Source: a virus
Taxonomy: Duplodnaviria > Caudoviricetes
IMG/VR virus record: IMGVR_UViG_3300020045_006937
Coordinates: 1 to 48,698 of that record
Length of the DNA: 48,698 nt
Reading direction: 5' to 3' (one strand)
Shown: piece by piece, positions 10,138 through 19,422 of the stretch
Position numbering within the stretch: position 1 is the first letter of the stretch
How the letters are laid out: each line of letters starts with the position of its first letter
The notes under the pieces: generated by a model
Told to the model about the DNA's origin: nothing
Databases searched by the model: none
The model's input: the letters and a program-made list of their open reading frames with translations, nothing else
Translations under genes and position numbers: made by a program

Positions 10138-10383
10138 ATGAGTAATTTAAAACATACACCACCCCACTTCCAAGAAAGAAACCCAATGGAAGCACCATTA
10201 GGATTAAACAATTCCGAGTCTTCGGCTTGGACAAGCGGCTACAATACCGCATTAGAGAACACTAACGCTATTGAACTATTAGAGGCTTTGATGGAATTAA
10301 GTGAATTGGTTAAAAATGCGGGGCATGATTTATGGCTTGAACATTCAGGAAGTAACAACGCAATTAAAAAAGCAACTGAATAA
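10138..10383 (+). CDS. Early hypothetical protein (ELLEAL..AIKKATE type)
   Basis: 10296-10371 is identical to 21933-22008. Confidence 0.75.
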   Translation: MSNLKHTPPHFQERNPMEAPLGLNNSESSAWTSGYNTALENTNAIELLEALMELSELVKNAGHDLWLEHSGSNNAIKKATE

Positions 10384-10642
10384 TATGAAAACAATTCGTA
10401 AAGTACTAACCCTAATGATGCAGAGAGAGCTATCTAATACAATAGCCCCCGAAGCACCTGTAAAACCTTAAATGTTATGAAAACGCAATACTGGAATCCT
10501 GAGAAAAACAAATGGGTGGATAAATTACCTAAAAAGTTTATTGATAGACTTGTAAAAACTAGACAAGTGCCAGACGAAACAAAACCAATTCAACATGTAA
10601 CGGCTAATAACAACAAATAAACCTTTTAATCCCCGCGAAATT

Positions 10643-10879
10643 ATGAAAGCAATAGCCCTTGATAAAGCCCTATTCTTTGAAGGTGACCCTATTATTCACA
10701 AAAATTTAGGATACTCTGCCACTATTAAAAAAGTATGCAGGAGGGGCAATGCAATAATCGAAATACCCGATACCCCCGCGAATGCGTTAATCTGGGGACG
10801 GGAGAGCCTGCCTAAAAGGTTTAAAGCCCTTGATATTGTTAAACATTTTAAACATGATACATTTACCTTAAATTTGTAA
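10643..10879 (+). CDS. Early hypothetical protein
   Basis: Co-oriented ORF. Confidence 0.7.
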   Translation: MKAIALDKALFFEGDPIIHKNLGYSATIKKVCRRGNAIIEIPDTPANALIWGRESLPKRFKALDIVKHFKHDTFTLNL

Positions 10880-10882
10880 GAT

Positions 10883-11233
10883 ATGAAACCAGTAATAGGA
10901 CAAAAGGTTTTTATAAACCCAATTAAATTAAGTAACGCAACTAGACGCGGCGAAAAATTACGCGAAGGAACTATAACTAAAATAGGTAAAATTTACCTTG
11001 AAGTTACCTTAAATAATTACGGAAATACCCTAAAATTCGATATAAAAACAGGAAAACATAATAACGGCAATTATTCAGGAGAATATCAACTTTATTATGA
11101 CAATCAAGAAATCATTGACGAAGTGGCTGCTGAAAATTTATTACTACAAATTCGTGAAAAAATAGGTCAATATGGTAAAACTAATTTAACCCTTGAACAA
11201 TTAAAAGTTATTTATTCAATTCTTAACCCCTAA
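10883..11233 (+). CDS. Small beta-barrel-type hypothetical protein
   Basis: GQKVFI..GTITKIGKIYLEV pattern, SH3-like. Confidence 0.65.
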   Translation: MKPVIGQKVFINPIKLSNATRRGEKLREGTITKIGKIYLEVTLNNYGNTLKFDIKTGKHNNGNYSGEYQLYYDNQEIIDEVAAENLLLQIREKIGQYGKTNLTLEQLKVIYSILNP

Positions 11234-11237
11234 CCCT

Positions 11238-11576
11238 ATGAACCACTTAGATAAACTATTCGGAAATCCAGTACAACGTATTGATGCTATTATTGCACAA
11301 TTGAGCCAAGAGCCAATTATTGTAAAACTTAAATGTGAATTAATTAGTGACCTATTCAGAGTTAAATATCAGCTAGCTGTTATAGATTCAAGGCATTATC
11401 ACGATGTAAAAACTAATGCCCCCGCAACTTTTGATGAATACTATGAGCTTAGTTTAGAAGCCTTAGAAATAAAATTGTCACGGCTATCGGCTCGTTTAAA
11501 TGCCTATACGCGCGAACAGGTGGCTAAAAATAACAGAGCTGAATGGAATAAAGAAGATAATGATATTTGGCGCTAA
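11238..11576 (+). CDS. Early hypothetical protein
   Basis: Co-oriented ORF. Confidence 0.7.
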   Translation: MNHLDKLFGNPVQRIDAIIAQLSQEPIIVKLKCELISDLFRVKYQLAVIDSRHYHDVKTNAPATFDEYYELSLEALEIKLSRLSARLNAYTREQVAKNNRAEWNKEDNDIWR

Positions 11577-11587
11577 TGATTTTATAA

Positions 11588-11730
11588 GTAACAGAAAAAT
11601 AGGCAAGTACGCGGTTCGATTCCGCGGTGTTGATGGTTCAACTCAAGGGTTCGATTCCCTTCAGCAGAAATGCTAATGGTTGTAGAAAAGACGGCAGTCG
11701 CTGGAGGTTCGATTCCTTCCTGTTACACAA
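11588..11730 (+). ncRNA. tRNA-like structured RNA with three T-arms
   Basis: GTAACAG/CTGTTAC 7-bp closing stem; GGTTCGATTCC at 11613, 11648 and 11706, each in a stem. Confidence 0.65.
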
Positions 11731-11758
11731 AATAGATAGATGACGCGAAGTTGGTAAT

Positions 11759-11900
11759 TTACACAGTGGTCTGGCATATTTGATTTGTGGTTAATGATTA
11801 TATGAATAACCCACTAGTGTAACAAGTCCCCGCTCTTAATTCAATTGGTAACCGCTTTGTAAGGATTGCGGAGAAAAGATTGGGTTAGGAAGCGGGGATT
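11759..11900 (+). ncRNA. Two further long stem-closed RNA modules
   Basis: TTACACAGTGG/CCACTAGTGTAA (11759-11822); TCCCCGCTCTTAATTCAAT/ATTGGGTTAGGAAGCGGGGA (11827-11898) with G-U pairs favouring the + strand. Confidence 0.55.
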
Positions 11901-11934
11901 TTCTTTGCTTGCTATTTTTCCCGCCGATTCAGAA

Positions 11935-11989
11935 TTACAGTTTATTGTAACAAATTTAGTGATGCTGATTTTGTTACATTTTTTTGTAA
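11935..11989. repeat. Paired TTACA-N6-TGTAA element 2
   Basis: Boxes 11935-50 and 11974-89. Confidence 0.85.
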
Positions 11990-12055
11990 TTAATCAATAA
12001 AAAAGGAGCATTCAAATCGAATACCCCTCATTTTAACACGCCATGTTAAGCCTTT

Positions 12056-12463
12056 TTATTCAATCCTGAGCACTATCTGTCCCACATCTTTAGCGTCTTT
12101 AAAGGCTACATTAAGACCTAATAGCTTACCATCTTTAACAATAGCTCCCGATTTAATTAAACGGCTAATGTTGGTTTTAATATTGCCATCTGTTATCCCG
12201 CGAAGTTGGGTATAGTTGCTGGGTGTAGGATAGCTTAGTTTGGCTTTTATTTGAGCTTTAACAGCATCGTTTAGCATAAACGAGCTATTACCATATAATT
12301 TATAAAGTGTTGTTAGAATGGTTGTTTCGGTATCAGAAGTTATATTAAAGCCATGTAGGGCTATTAAGTTAATAGTCTGCTCTGTTCTTTCCCCGCGAAT
12401 TTGGATTATAATTGATTTCATTAGTCTTGGGCTAAAAGTATAACAGCTATTATTAAAAACCAA
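12056..12463 (-). CDS. Winged helix-turn-helix protein (true start probably near 12421)
   Basis: ITDGNIKTNISRLIKSGAIVKDGKLLGLN wHTH pattern. Confidence 0.6.
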   Translation of the reverse strand: MVFNNSCYTFSPRLMKSIIIQIRGERTEQTINLIALHGFNITSDTETTILTTLYKLYGNSSFMLNDAVKAQIKAKLSYPTPSNYTQLRGITDGNIKTNISRLIKSGAIVKDGKLLGLNVAFKDAKDVGQIVLRIE

Positions 12464-12698
12464 ATCTTTCCTGTTAATGACCAGTCTAATGGATTAGCTA
12501 TTGTCTCGAATAGTAATATTACGCCATAACTAAATGCTATACGGCAAACTATTTTTAATAATGATATAATTGTTTCTTTCATAGTTTTATTTATTTTCCC
12601 ACGAGTGCGGCAAACTTGGTGAGGTTTCGGTTAATTGGGTATCCCCATCTACATTTTTTACCGTACCCCCGCCAGAACTACCGTAGTCGCGTGAACAT

Positions 12699-13154
12699 TT
12701 ATTTCTCTCCCTTCTCGTTTGATGGATTAAGGAGGGATTTCCAACAGTCTTTCATTGCGTTGTACGATTTTAACTCAGCCCGTAAACCCTCGTTCTCTTT
12801 TTGTTGCTCTCTTATTTTATCCGATAATTGAGCTACATCGAATGCGTTTAGTTTCTCTAATCGCTCATTCTCTTTGTCTTTTTGGGTGAGGAGGGATTCA
12901 AGTCGATTAATTTCATTATTACATCCGACTATGTAATTGTAATGGTCATCCGATGCCGAGTCTATTAGTTCTTGCTTTAACCTTTCAATCTCCCCCTTAG
13001 CTTGGGTGAGTTGGTGTTCGTAGAAGTAGTAACAAAAATTAATAAAATCTTCCCAATTAATATTACAGATACCTTCTAATGAAGTGTATTTTGTTTTAAA
13101 AAATTCGTTATACGATTCAAGTAGTATCTCCTCTTTCGTTTTATCTTGGCTCAT
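12699..13154 (-). CDS. Mosaic coiled-coil protein, left-arm cassette gene
   Basis: Shares MSQDKTKEE, HQLTQAKGEIERL, SLLTQKDKENE and NPSNE with 23119..23628. Confidence 0.8.
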   Translation of the reverse strand: MSQDKTKEEILLESYNEFFKTKYTSLEGICNINWEDFINFCYYFYEHQLTQAKGEIERLKQELIDSASDDHYNYIVGCNNEINRLESLLTQKDKENERLEKLNAFDVAQLSDKIREQQKENEGLRAELKSYNAMKDCWKSLLNPSNEKGEK

Positions 13155-13296
13155 TTTTGTGGGGGTTTATTTCCTTTGTGGGAGTTAATATTTTATTTAT
13201 TTTCTCATAGTAAGCCGTTAAATCACAAGTCTGCATTTTAACTCCTTTATTATAAATTTCAAACAATAAATTTTCTATTTTATTTTTCTTACTCAT
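13141..13296 (-). CDS. Small hypothetical protein (51 aa)
   Basis: Manual translation MSKKNKIENLLFEIY..NEPR; overlaps neighbours. Confidence 0.5.
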   Translation of the reverse strand: MSKKNKIENLLFEIYNKGVKMQTCDLTAYYEKINKILTPTKEINPHKNEPR

Positions 13297-13420
13297 TAGT
13301 TAATATATAATATACCTGATTAAACAATTCATTACGATAGTCTTCTATTGAGTCAAACCCTTCATTTTCTAAGGCTGTTATGTATTTAGCCATCTTAATC
13401 GCTTCTTTTAATTTCTTCAT
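13289..13420 (-). CDS. Small hypothetical protein (43 aa)
   Basis: MKKLKEAIKM..; starts inside anchor 8 like 22744..23103. Confidence 0.55.
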   Translation of the reverse strand: MKKLKEAIKMAKYITALENEGFDSIEDYRNELFNQVYYILTNE

Positions 13421-13425
13421 CTCTC

Positions 13426-13785
13426 TTATGGTTTAGGGGTGGTTAAATAATAGTTAATAACAAATTCAAGTTGTTCGTGGAATGTAGGGTATTTAAATTC
13501 TTTCGATTCGTATAATTCCAAATTGGTTTTAATCATTATTTGGCGATACTCCTCAATAATTGATTCGTAAAAATAATCGTGAGTCACGCCTTCGTCGGCA
13601 TAATCAAACATTTTTAACTTACTTGCTATATCCGAACATTTTAAATGCGACTTCCAAGTATATAAATCATCATATATATGAACCGACCTCTCGTAACTTT
13701 CACCTTTTTCAATAACTCCAAGACAGTAATTACACTGATGTTGTTTGTTTGCTTTGGTTTTAGTTGGCTCTAATATTGTTCTCAT
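13426..13785 (-). CDS. Zn-finger-like hypothetical protein
   Basis: KANKQHQCNYC..HLKC; ends YLTTPKP. Confidence 0.75.
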   Translation of the reverse strand: MRTILEPTKTKANKQHQCNYCLGVIEKGESYERSVHIYDDLYTWKSHLKCSDIASKLKMFDYADEGVTHDYFYESIIEEYRQIMIKTNLELYESKEFKYPTFHEQLEFVINYYLTTPKP

Positions 13786-13791
13786 TTCCCT

Positions 13792-13983
13792 TTAGCCTTT
13801 AGATTGGTTGATTAAAATAAAAAGAACAATTAAGAAAACTACAAACTCAATAATAGCAACTTTAGTTTTTACTTCTTTAGAGTCTAATTCCTCTCCTTTT
13901 AGTATTCTATTTTTATTATTTATGTACTCGTTAATTGTTGTTGCTAATGGAAAGAAAATTAGCCAAATTATAATATTTATCAT
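13792..13983 (-). CDS. Small two-TM membrane protein
   Basis: Two hydrophobic stretches. Confidence 0.65.
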   Translation of the reverse strand: MINIIIWLIFFPLATTINEYINNKNRILKGEELDSKEVKTKVAIIEFVVFLIVLFILINQSKG

Positions 13984-13985
13984 CC

Positions 13986-14426
13986 TTATTTAGTTTTAGA
14001 TTGTTTGAATATTGAGTAGAGTTCTTGGGTTGTTGCATATTCTATATGTAAAGTACCTCTTTGCCATTGTTCATTCAAATTAAATTCCCAATTATTATCA
14101 CTCAACCACTCCGCAAACTCCACCGCCTCACTCTTATCCGTTACGGTGGAGGGGGAAAATAGCTTATCGTAAATTAAAATAGCTTGGTTTATTGCGTTTT
14201 TATATTCAACGTTTCCTGCAATATGTGATTCATATCTTAAATCAATAAGTTTTTGTTTATATGTGCTTATGTTAAGTTTATAATTTTCAATTACCATTAC
14301 ACCCTCAACCATTTCAGCACAATTAGATTCAATTACGATTTTCATGTGAGGGTGGTGGTTTTCAGCAAGCCACTTCATAACGGGTCTTACTACCGCTTCA
14401 AATTCTTTTTGTTTTTCGTCGCTCAT
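13986..14426 (-). CDS. Mosaic hypothetical protein, left-arm cassette gene
   Basis: SPSTxTDKSEAVEF and TTQELYSIxKQSKTK are shared with 21748..22452. Confidence 0.8.
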   Translation of the reverse strand: MSDEKQKEFEAVVRPVMKWLAENHHPHMKIVIESNCAEMVEGVMVIENYKLNISTYKQKLIDLRYESHIAGNVEYKNAINQAILIYDKLFSPSTVTDKSEAVEFAEWLSDNNWEFNLNEQWQRGTLHIEYATTQELYSIFKQSKTK

Positions 14427-14427
14427 T

Positions 14428-14871
14428 TTATTTACGTTTAAATTGTTTAGCTTGTTTTTCTGTTACTTGTATTGAAATCAATTTTTGTTTACAGCCACTA
14501 CAAACCGTTCCCGTTTCTGGCGTGTAAGTAGTGTTGAACTTATGGTTGCAATCCTCTTTAGTCTCCCCCTCTTTTACATTTGAGAGGCGGGATTTAGATT
14601 GTAGTTTTTTAATTAAATGGTCTATTGCATTATCACACGCCTCAACATCACTAAAAGGAATTGGATTTAACCACTCTTTCATTATTAGTAATCTATTAAT
14701 TATCTCCTCATCACTCACCACCTCTTTATCGGGAGGGAGGGAAAGGGATTGGAGTAGTTTTTGTTCAATCCATTTTATATAGTCAGTATGCCAATCCATA
14801 AACGCCATTTGATTATTTGGACATTTTTTGCCACTCTCTTTTTCGTATAATTCTTTTATCTTACTTTCCAT
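14428..14871 (-). CDS. Mosaic hypothetical protein, left-arm cassette gene
   Basis: First ~55 aa and SRLSNVKEGE are shared with 21748..22452. Confidence 0.8.
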   Translation of the reverse strand: MESKIKELYEKESGKKCPNNQMAFMDWHTDYIKWIEQKLLQSLSLPPDKEVVSDEEIINRLLIMKEWLNPIPFSDVEACDNAIDHLIKKLQSKSRLSNVKEGETKEDCNHKFNTTYTPETGTVCSGCKQKLISIQVTEKQAKQFKRK

Positions 14872-14881
14872 TTTTTTTGAT

Positions 14882-15037
14882 TTAATCGTTAATTCTCATT
14901 CCTATTAATATTGGCACTCCTATTGGAGAAAAAACAAACCATATAAAATGCCTTAAAGCTAAATTTGGTTGATTCATTAACACTCCAATTCCAATTAGAT
15001 ATGAAATAATTGTGTATGTTATTATAATATTTTCCAT
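14882..15037 (-). CDS. Small membrane protein (51 aa)
   Basis: MENIIITYTIISY..LIGMRIND; paralog of 21581..21736. Confidence 0.7.
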   Translation of the reverse strand: MENIIITYTIISYLIGIGVLMNQPNLALRHFIWFVFSPIGVPILIGMRIND

Positions 15038-15048
15038 TTGGTTGTTTA

Positions 15049-15396
15049 TTAATTGGTTATTCTGTCTAGTAATTCTTCCACGTATAATTGCAACTTCACT
15101 ACTCTTTCTCCCGCCAGTATTGTAAAGTGGTCAAAGCCATTACTTCCTTTATATTCCCGCGAATCTGTGTCACTATCAACCGTCACCCATTCTCCGTCTT
15201 CTATCCAATGAAAGGTTATTTTGGCGGAATTCGGTGTGCTTGGTAGCATATTAGCACCTGTGTTGTAATTACCAAATTCAAATGAATAAGATAAATTTAA
15301 CTCGGCAGGAATAGAATTACAGTTCTCCGCATAGTTTGAGATAGCCATATCAACTAGTCCAGTTAAATATTGCTCATTTAGGTTATTTAGTTTCAT
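15049..15396 (-). CDS. Hypothetical protein (start revised to ATG 15396)
   Basis: The ORF-track start lies inside the promoter repeat. Confidence 0.7.
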   Translation of the reverse strand: MKLNNLNEQYLTGLVDMAISNYAENCNSIPAELNLSYSFEFGNYNTGANMLPSTPNSAKITFHWIEDGEWVTVDSDTDSREYKGSNGFDHFTILAGERVVKLQLYVEELLDRITN

Positions 15397-15447
15397 AGGT
15401 TTATTTTTCTTAGTTAAACGCAAATATAGTAAAAAGGTTACAAAGTT
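15394..15447 (-). promoter_or_regulatory. Bacteroidota sigma70-type promoter plus leader, duplicate of 30777-30830
   Basis: AACTTTGTAACCTTTTTACTATATTTGCGTTTAACTAAGAAAAAYAAACCTATG, 53/54 identical; TAnnTTTG -7 box. Confidence 0.85.
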
Positions 15448-15992
15448 TATTTTCTTTTCTTATAATTCTTATTAACGTGTTCTAAATAGCTATTAATCAG
15501 TGCGGTTAATTTTTTATCTTGCTCCCCGTAAAAATCCCCGTTAAAGCAAACAAGTTCATATTCTCCAGTCCAAGTCTTATAAAACTCAGCCCTTACATAT
15601 AATTTAGAATAAGTTAGGTTTGGATTGATAAGGAACTGTTTATCGGTAAAGGTTGGAAATAAAAATCCATTCTCTATAAGCCAAATAAATAGTTCTCGCA
15701 AAACTGGGATAGATTTTCTGATATGCCCGTTCTCGCATCCGTAATGCTCTGTTCCTTTAATCACTGCTTGCTGATACGTCTTTAAAAGCGATTCTGAGTA
15801 TTTTAACGTGTTATCTGCTCCTGATTGGTATATAAGGAAGGAAAGGAAAGAAAATTGATTAGGGGGTAAAATAAACGCCATATTAGCGTAGTGCTTAGTA
15901 AACACCCTCCCTTTTTTTCCATCTTCTAGTTCGGGGAAGTCCCAGAGCTTCTTAGTTTTTGTTAGCTGTGTTCTTTTTGTGTTCATTTCCAA
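15447..15992 (-). CDS. Winged-HTH / Rep-maintenance-like protein
   Basis: FTKHY..FSFLSFLIY..LIENGFL..FLINPNL pattern. Confidence 0.55.
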   Translation of the reverse strand: MEMNTKRTQLTKTKKLWDFPELEDGKKGRVFTKHYANMAFILPPNQFSFLSFLIYQSGADNTLKYSESLLKTYQQAVIKGTEHYGCENGHIRKSIPVLRELFIWLIENGFLFPTFTDKQFLINPNLTYSKLYVRAEFYKTWTGEYELVCFNGDFYGEQDKKLTALINSYLEHVNKNYKKRK

Positions 15993-16225
15993 GCCTCCCC
16001 GCTACCATCTGAATAAATGGTGCAATCGCGGTTATTTTGCATATATGCTAAAAATGTTTTTAATTCTTTTTCACTCCATCTACCTCCCCAAAATCCATTA
16101 TGTGCACTATCTGCTCCTTCTTTAATAAATACTGGCTCTCCTAATGCTGTTTTTCTGTATTCATAACCAATAGATTTTAAATCTCGGTTAATTTTCCATT
16201 GTTTTATTCTTCTTATTAAATTCAT
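15983..16225 (-). CDS. Hypothetical protein
   Basis: Operon ORF. Confidence 0.7.
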   Translation of the reverse strand: MNLIRRIKQWKINRDLKSIGYEYRKTALGEPVFIKEGADSAHNGFWGGRWSEKELKTFLAYMQNNRDCTIYSDGSGEAWK

Positions 16226-16376
16226 TTTGTTTTTTACGTTTAAGGTATAGTTTCTTTTTGTAAGCGGATATTTTATCTTTATTTTTAATGTAGTACTCGG
16301 CGGAATATTTATTGTGATTTTCCCGCCGATTTAGGTAATATTTTCTATTAAGTAATGAGGTGTTTTCCTTTGACAT
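16188..16376 (-). CDS. Basic Lys/Tyr-rich small protein (resembles HNH N-terminal tails)
   Basis: YYIKNKDKISAYKKKLY; likely start ATG 16376. Confidence 0.45.
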   Translation of the reverse strand: MSKENTSLLNRKYYLNRRENHNKYSAEYYIKNKDKISAYKKKLYLKRKKQNEFNKKNKTMEN

Positions 16377-16797
16377 AATATAATCCATATTTAGCGTAAT
16401 GTTTATTCCAAATTTTAGCTCTTTCATATTCTGCTTTTTCTTCATCTCTCCAATTCTTTTCTATCATTTCAAAAGCTTCCTGAAAATCTTTAATTGTTGC
16501 GTTTCTATTATACGGCTTCATTTCCCCTTTTTCAATTTCGGCAATTAATCCATCTCCTTTTGGTAGCGGAGGGAATTCTAATAATTCGCATACAGATTGG
16601 TGGTTATATGAAGTGTCCATATCATAAGCTTCATGCACCTCTTTTGGAATTTTACGGTATATAGCTTCGTCTGGGAAATGCTCAGGATATCTTTCTACTA
16701 TTTCCTTGCATTTTTGGTAATTAGAGCTACCGCAAAAGCCCTGCATTTTTATTATATGCACCCACCAAACTTCATTTGGTATGTCGTTTAAATTCAT
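16348..16797 (-). CDS. Hypothetical protein
   Basis: Operon ORF. Confidence 0.75.
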   Translation of the reverse strand: MNLNDIPNEVWWVHIIKMQGFCGSSNYQKCKEIVERYPEHFPDEAIYRKIPKEVHEAYDMDTSYNHQSVCELLEFPPLPKGDGLIAEIEKGEMKPYNRNATIKDFQEAFEMIEKNWRDEEKAEYERAKIWNKHYAKYGLYYVKGKHLIT

Positions 16798-17243
16798 AAG
16801 CGGTTAAAATAATTAATCATATTCTGTAAATTAGTGACTTTACAAGCTATGTTTATTGCCTTTACATTTTCACTCACTGAGCTATCAATATCGTGCTTAA
16901 TTAAAACTTGAGTGATGTGTTTACCCTCTGGTTCTTTTTCCCCGCCGATTCTAATTCCGCCTTGCTGTCTGCCTTTTACAAGCTCTATCATTGTAAATCC
17001 GCTAATAAAGAAATATCCCCGCCGATTTAATTCTATAAAGCCATTAGTCTTTAAAGTTTTCATTATAAATTCATCCGACCAATCGTTAGGATTAACCACT
17101 GTGATGTTAGCCCACTTAGCGCCAATAGTACTAAACAGTAAATTAGTTAAGCGTTCTCTTATTCTTAATTTCGGAATTCGGGGGAGCTTAAATTTCTTTT
17201 TATACGGCAATTGTTTTTCACTATAAACGGTTACATTATTCAT
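16794..17243 (-). CDS. Hypothetical protein
   Basis: Operon ORF, ATGA coupling. Confidence 0.75.
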   Translation of the reverse strand: MNNVTVYSEKQLPYKKKFKLPRIPKLRIRERLTNLLFSTIGAKWANITVVNPNDWSDEFIMKTLKTNGFIELNRRGYFFISGFTMIELVKGRQQGGIRIGGEKEPEGKHITQVLIKHDIDSSVSENVKAINIACKVTNLQNMINYFNRL

Positions 17244-17384
17244 TTTAATTTCTTTTTAGCGGTTTTAGTGTATTTCTTAGCTCTGCGTAATCTTGGCTTT
17301 CCTATGTATTCATGGTTTAAGTCTAAGCCAGTACAACAAAATCTCTTTAAGAGTCTTTCGTGGGTTTGTGCCATTGTTTCCATA

Positions 17385-17678
17385 TCATTTTCTTTTAAAG
17401 CTATTACAAAATAAGTCCTTCAACTCTTGGATGGCGGTTTTTATTCTCGCCGATTTTGAATCATGATTTGGCGGAGATGAATCTTGTACATCTAATTTAC
17501 CAGTATAATATCTTTCTTCCTCGCTAAAAGCATCTACTATGCCACTCCCCTGATACCCCTCTCGCCAAGTACCCAAATCCCGCGGGACACCTGTTATATG
17601 GTCATCAAAATTAGGTTTTAAGGTTTTGTGTACTTGTCCCATAGTTATGGGAGATTGTTTGTCGGCTTGTCTTTTCAT
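17385..17678 (-). CDS. Hypothetical protein
   Basis: Operon ORF. Confidence 0.65.
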   Translation of the reverse strand: MKRQADKQSPITMGQVHKTLKPNFDDHITGVPRDLGTWREGYQGSGIVDAFSEEERYYTGKLDVQDSSPPNHDSKSARIKTAIQELKDLFCNSFKRK

Positions 17679-17694
17679 AGTTATTTTTTAGCGG

Positions 17695-18387
17695 TTAATA
17701 TACCATTCCGTTTTGCGAGGGGTTAAAACTTTCCCGCCGCTCTACCTTCTTTTTAACACCCTCTATTTCTTTAATACAGACCCGTACAGCGTTTTTAAAG
17801 TGATTTATGTCCGTAAACTCAGCGTAAGGGTATCTATCGTTTAAAGCGGCTAGAATTGATTCTTCTGTTGTTGTTTCTTTTTTTATAGCTATTACGGCTT
17901 TGTATATTTCTATATTACTATTAATAGCCGTTATTAAATCAAAAAAACTGGCGGAGCCTATTTTTATTTTATTTAGTACATTAGTATTTTGTGTATTAGT
18001 ATTTAGTAGTCCTTCCTTTTCAACCCGTTGATTTTCTACCCCTACAAAACCAACCCCTACGTTTTGGGGGGGTTGAGCCTTTTCGCCGTTCCACGGAATA
18101 TCATAAACTATATGCTCATATTCATATTTGCCATTTTTATGTCGCTTAACTGACATTATATATCCAGCCTTTTGAAGTTCTTTAAAAACCCTGTCAATCT
18201 TTTTTTCACCGCCGAAATTCACCATTTCTTTTTGTGTATGTAGGGTTACTTTGTAAATAATCCAATCGTGAGGAAGTGTTAAAAAGTAGCAAAGCATCCC
18301 GCAAGCCTCAGCGCTTAATCCGTTTTTAAAAATAGAGTTTGGTATAGAGGTAAAGTTACCAGCGTGTTTAGATTTGTGTATTGGCAT
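17695..18387 (-). CDS. HTH replication-initiator-like protein (start revised to 18387)
   Basis: NFTSIPNSIF..LSAEACGMLCYFLTLPHDW..KELQKAGYI is typical of phage replisome-organizer N-termini. Confidence 0.75.
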   Translation of the reverse strand: MPIHKSKHAGNFTSIPNSIFKNGLSAEACGMLCYFLTLPHDWIIYKVTLHTQKEMVNFGGEKKIDRVFKELQKAGYIMSVKRHKNGKYEYEHIVYDIPWNGEKAQPPQNVGVGFVGVENQRVEKEGLLNTNTQNTNVLNKIKIGSASFFDLITAINSNIEIYKAVIAIKKETTTEESILAALNDRYPYAEFTDINHFKNAVRVCIKEIEGVKKKVERRESFNPSQNGMVY

Positions 18388-18394
18388 AAAAAAG

Positions 18395-18449
18395 TTACAG
18401 TTTTTTGTAATTAATTTCACAAATCGAAATTTGTTACAGTTTTTTGTAA
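18395..18449. repeat. Paired TTACA-N6-TGTAA element 3
   Basis: Boxes 18395-410 and 18434-49. Confidence 0.85.
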
Positions 18450-18450
18450 C

Positions 18451-18562
18451 AAAAAGAAACCTCCGCTTTATAACTTGGACATTACCGTGGCGGAGGTTCT
18501 TTAATTTTGGAGCAATAGCCCCTAAGAAAAGTCGTGAATTTCAATATTCACAGTAATGTCCG
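18451..18562 (-). promoter_or_regulatory. Structured attenuator-like leader
   Basis: 9-bp complement 18477-85/18553-61; hairpin 18458-66/18490-98 with T-tail on the minus strand. Confidence 0.55.
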
Positions 18563-18653
18563 ATACAAAAATATGTAATTTATATAACAGCTCAATAAGC
18601 CAGCAAAGGAAGTTTTCAACAAGATTTCAAAAGAACGTGATAAAGGTCATCTA

Positions 18654-18890
18654 TTAACACTCAGAGCAATCACTTTTAGCTACACTACGGGTACTAGTAA
18701 CCCCGCTATTCCTTAATTGCTGACATTTATCAATAGCGCCCTTTTCAGAACTCTCACAACTAAACTTCTGTTCTTTGCCGTTTTGGTATCCATACACGCA
18801 CCATACTCCAGATTGCGGAGAGTTATTCTTTTTTTGACAGCTTAACATCATTCCGATTGTTAAAGCTATAATCATTAGTTTTTTATTCAT
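18654..18890 (-). CDS. Small lipoprotein
   Basis: MNKK + hydrophobic stretch + LSC lipobox, Lys-rich after Cys; TGTAACCTTTT..GTATAAC promoter at 18934-18964 (minus). Confidence 0.75.
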   Translation of the reverse strand: MNKKLMIIALTIGMMLSCQKKNNSPQSGVWCVYGYQNGKEQKFSCESSEKGAIDKCQQLRNSGVTSTRSVAKSDCSEC

Positions 18891-19360
18891 TTTGTTTGGT
18901 TTTTTATTAATACTTAGATTAGTTTGATGATGGGTTATACTGAGTCTATTGATAAAAGGTTACAAAAATAGGCATTTTCTTTCGTTATTTTTATTTTTTA
19001 ATCCTATATCACCCCTTTATACATCGAGTTCCGTAAAAATCTGGCGTATGCTCTATTATTAACCCGCCAAAAACACCCAAAATCTTTGATAGTTTATTAT
19101 AAAAACATTATTGAGAGCCCTTAATTCACTCTTTTTATTAATAAATTTATTACCTTTGAACCAGCATCTGGTACTTAGTAATATAGAGTCACTCCCCCTT
19201 CCCATTAGAACAGGGCGCTTAGGAGTGACCTTTTTTTTAACCACACAGTAAGCCGAACCCTAACTAAATACCCCTCCACCCTCGCCACATAACCGTAATC
19301 CGCGTGCACTAAAAATAATTAAGCTAATAATCAGTCAGTTATAAACATTTTGTAAAACAT

Positions 19361-19412
19361 TGTAACCTTTTTACTATCTTTACGTTTGAATACATATAAC
19401 AACGTTCATTGA
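19361..19412 (+). promoter_or_regulatory. Promoter plus boxA-like antitermination site
   Basis: TGTAACCTTTTTACTATCTTTACG homologous to the other promoters; GTTCATTGA at 19404-12 resembles rrn boxA GTTCTTTGA. Confidence 0.6.
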
Positions 19413-19422
19413 TAATTTAAAA

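Noticed and set aside
11588-11730. Three canonical tRNA genes
   Set aside because: T-arms are only 35 and 58 nt apart, with no D or anticodon arms and a single acceptor stem
15397-15423. Shared MRLTKKNKPM N-terminus of ORFs 15049 and 30801
   Set aside because: Artefact of a TTG start inside the duplicated promoter
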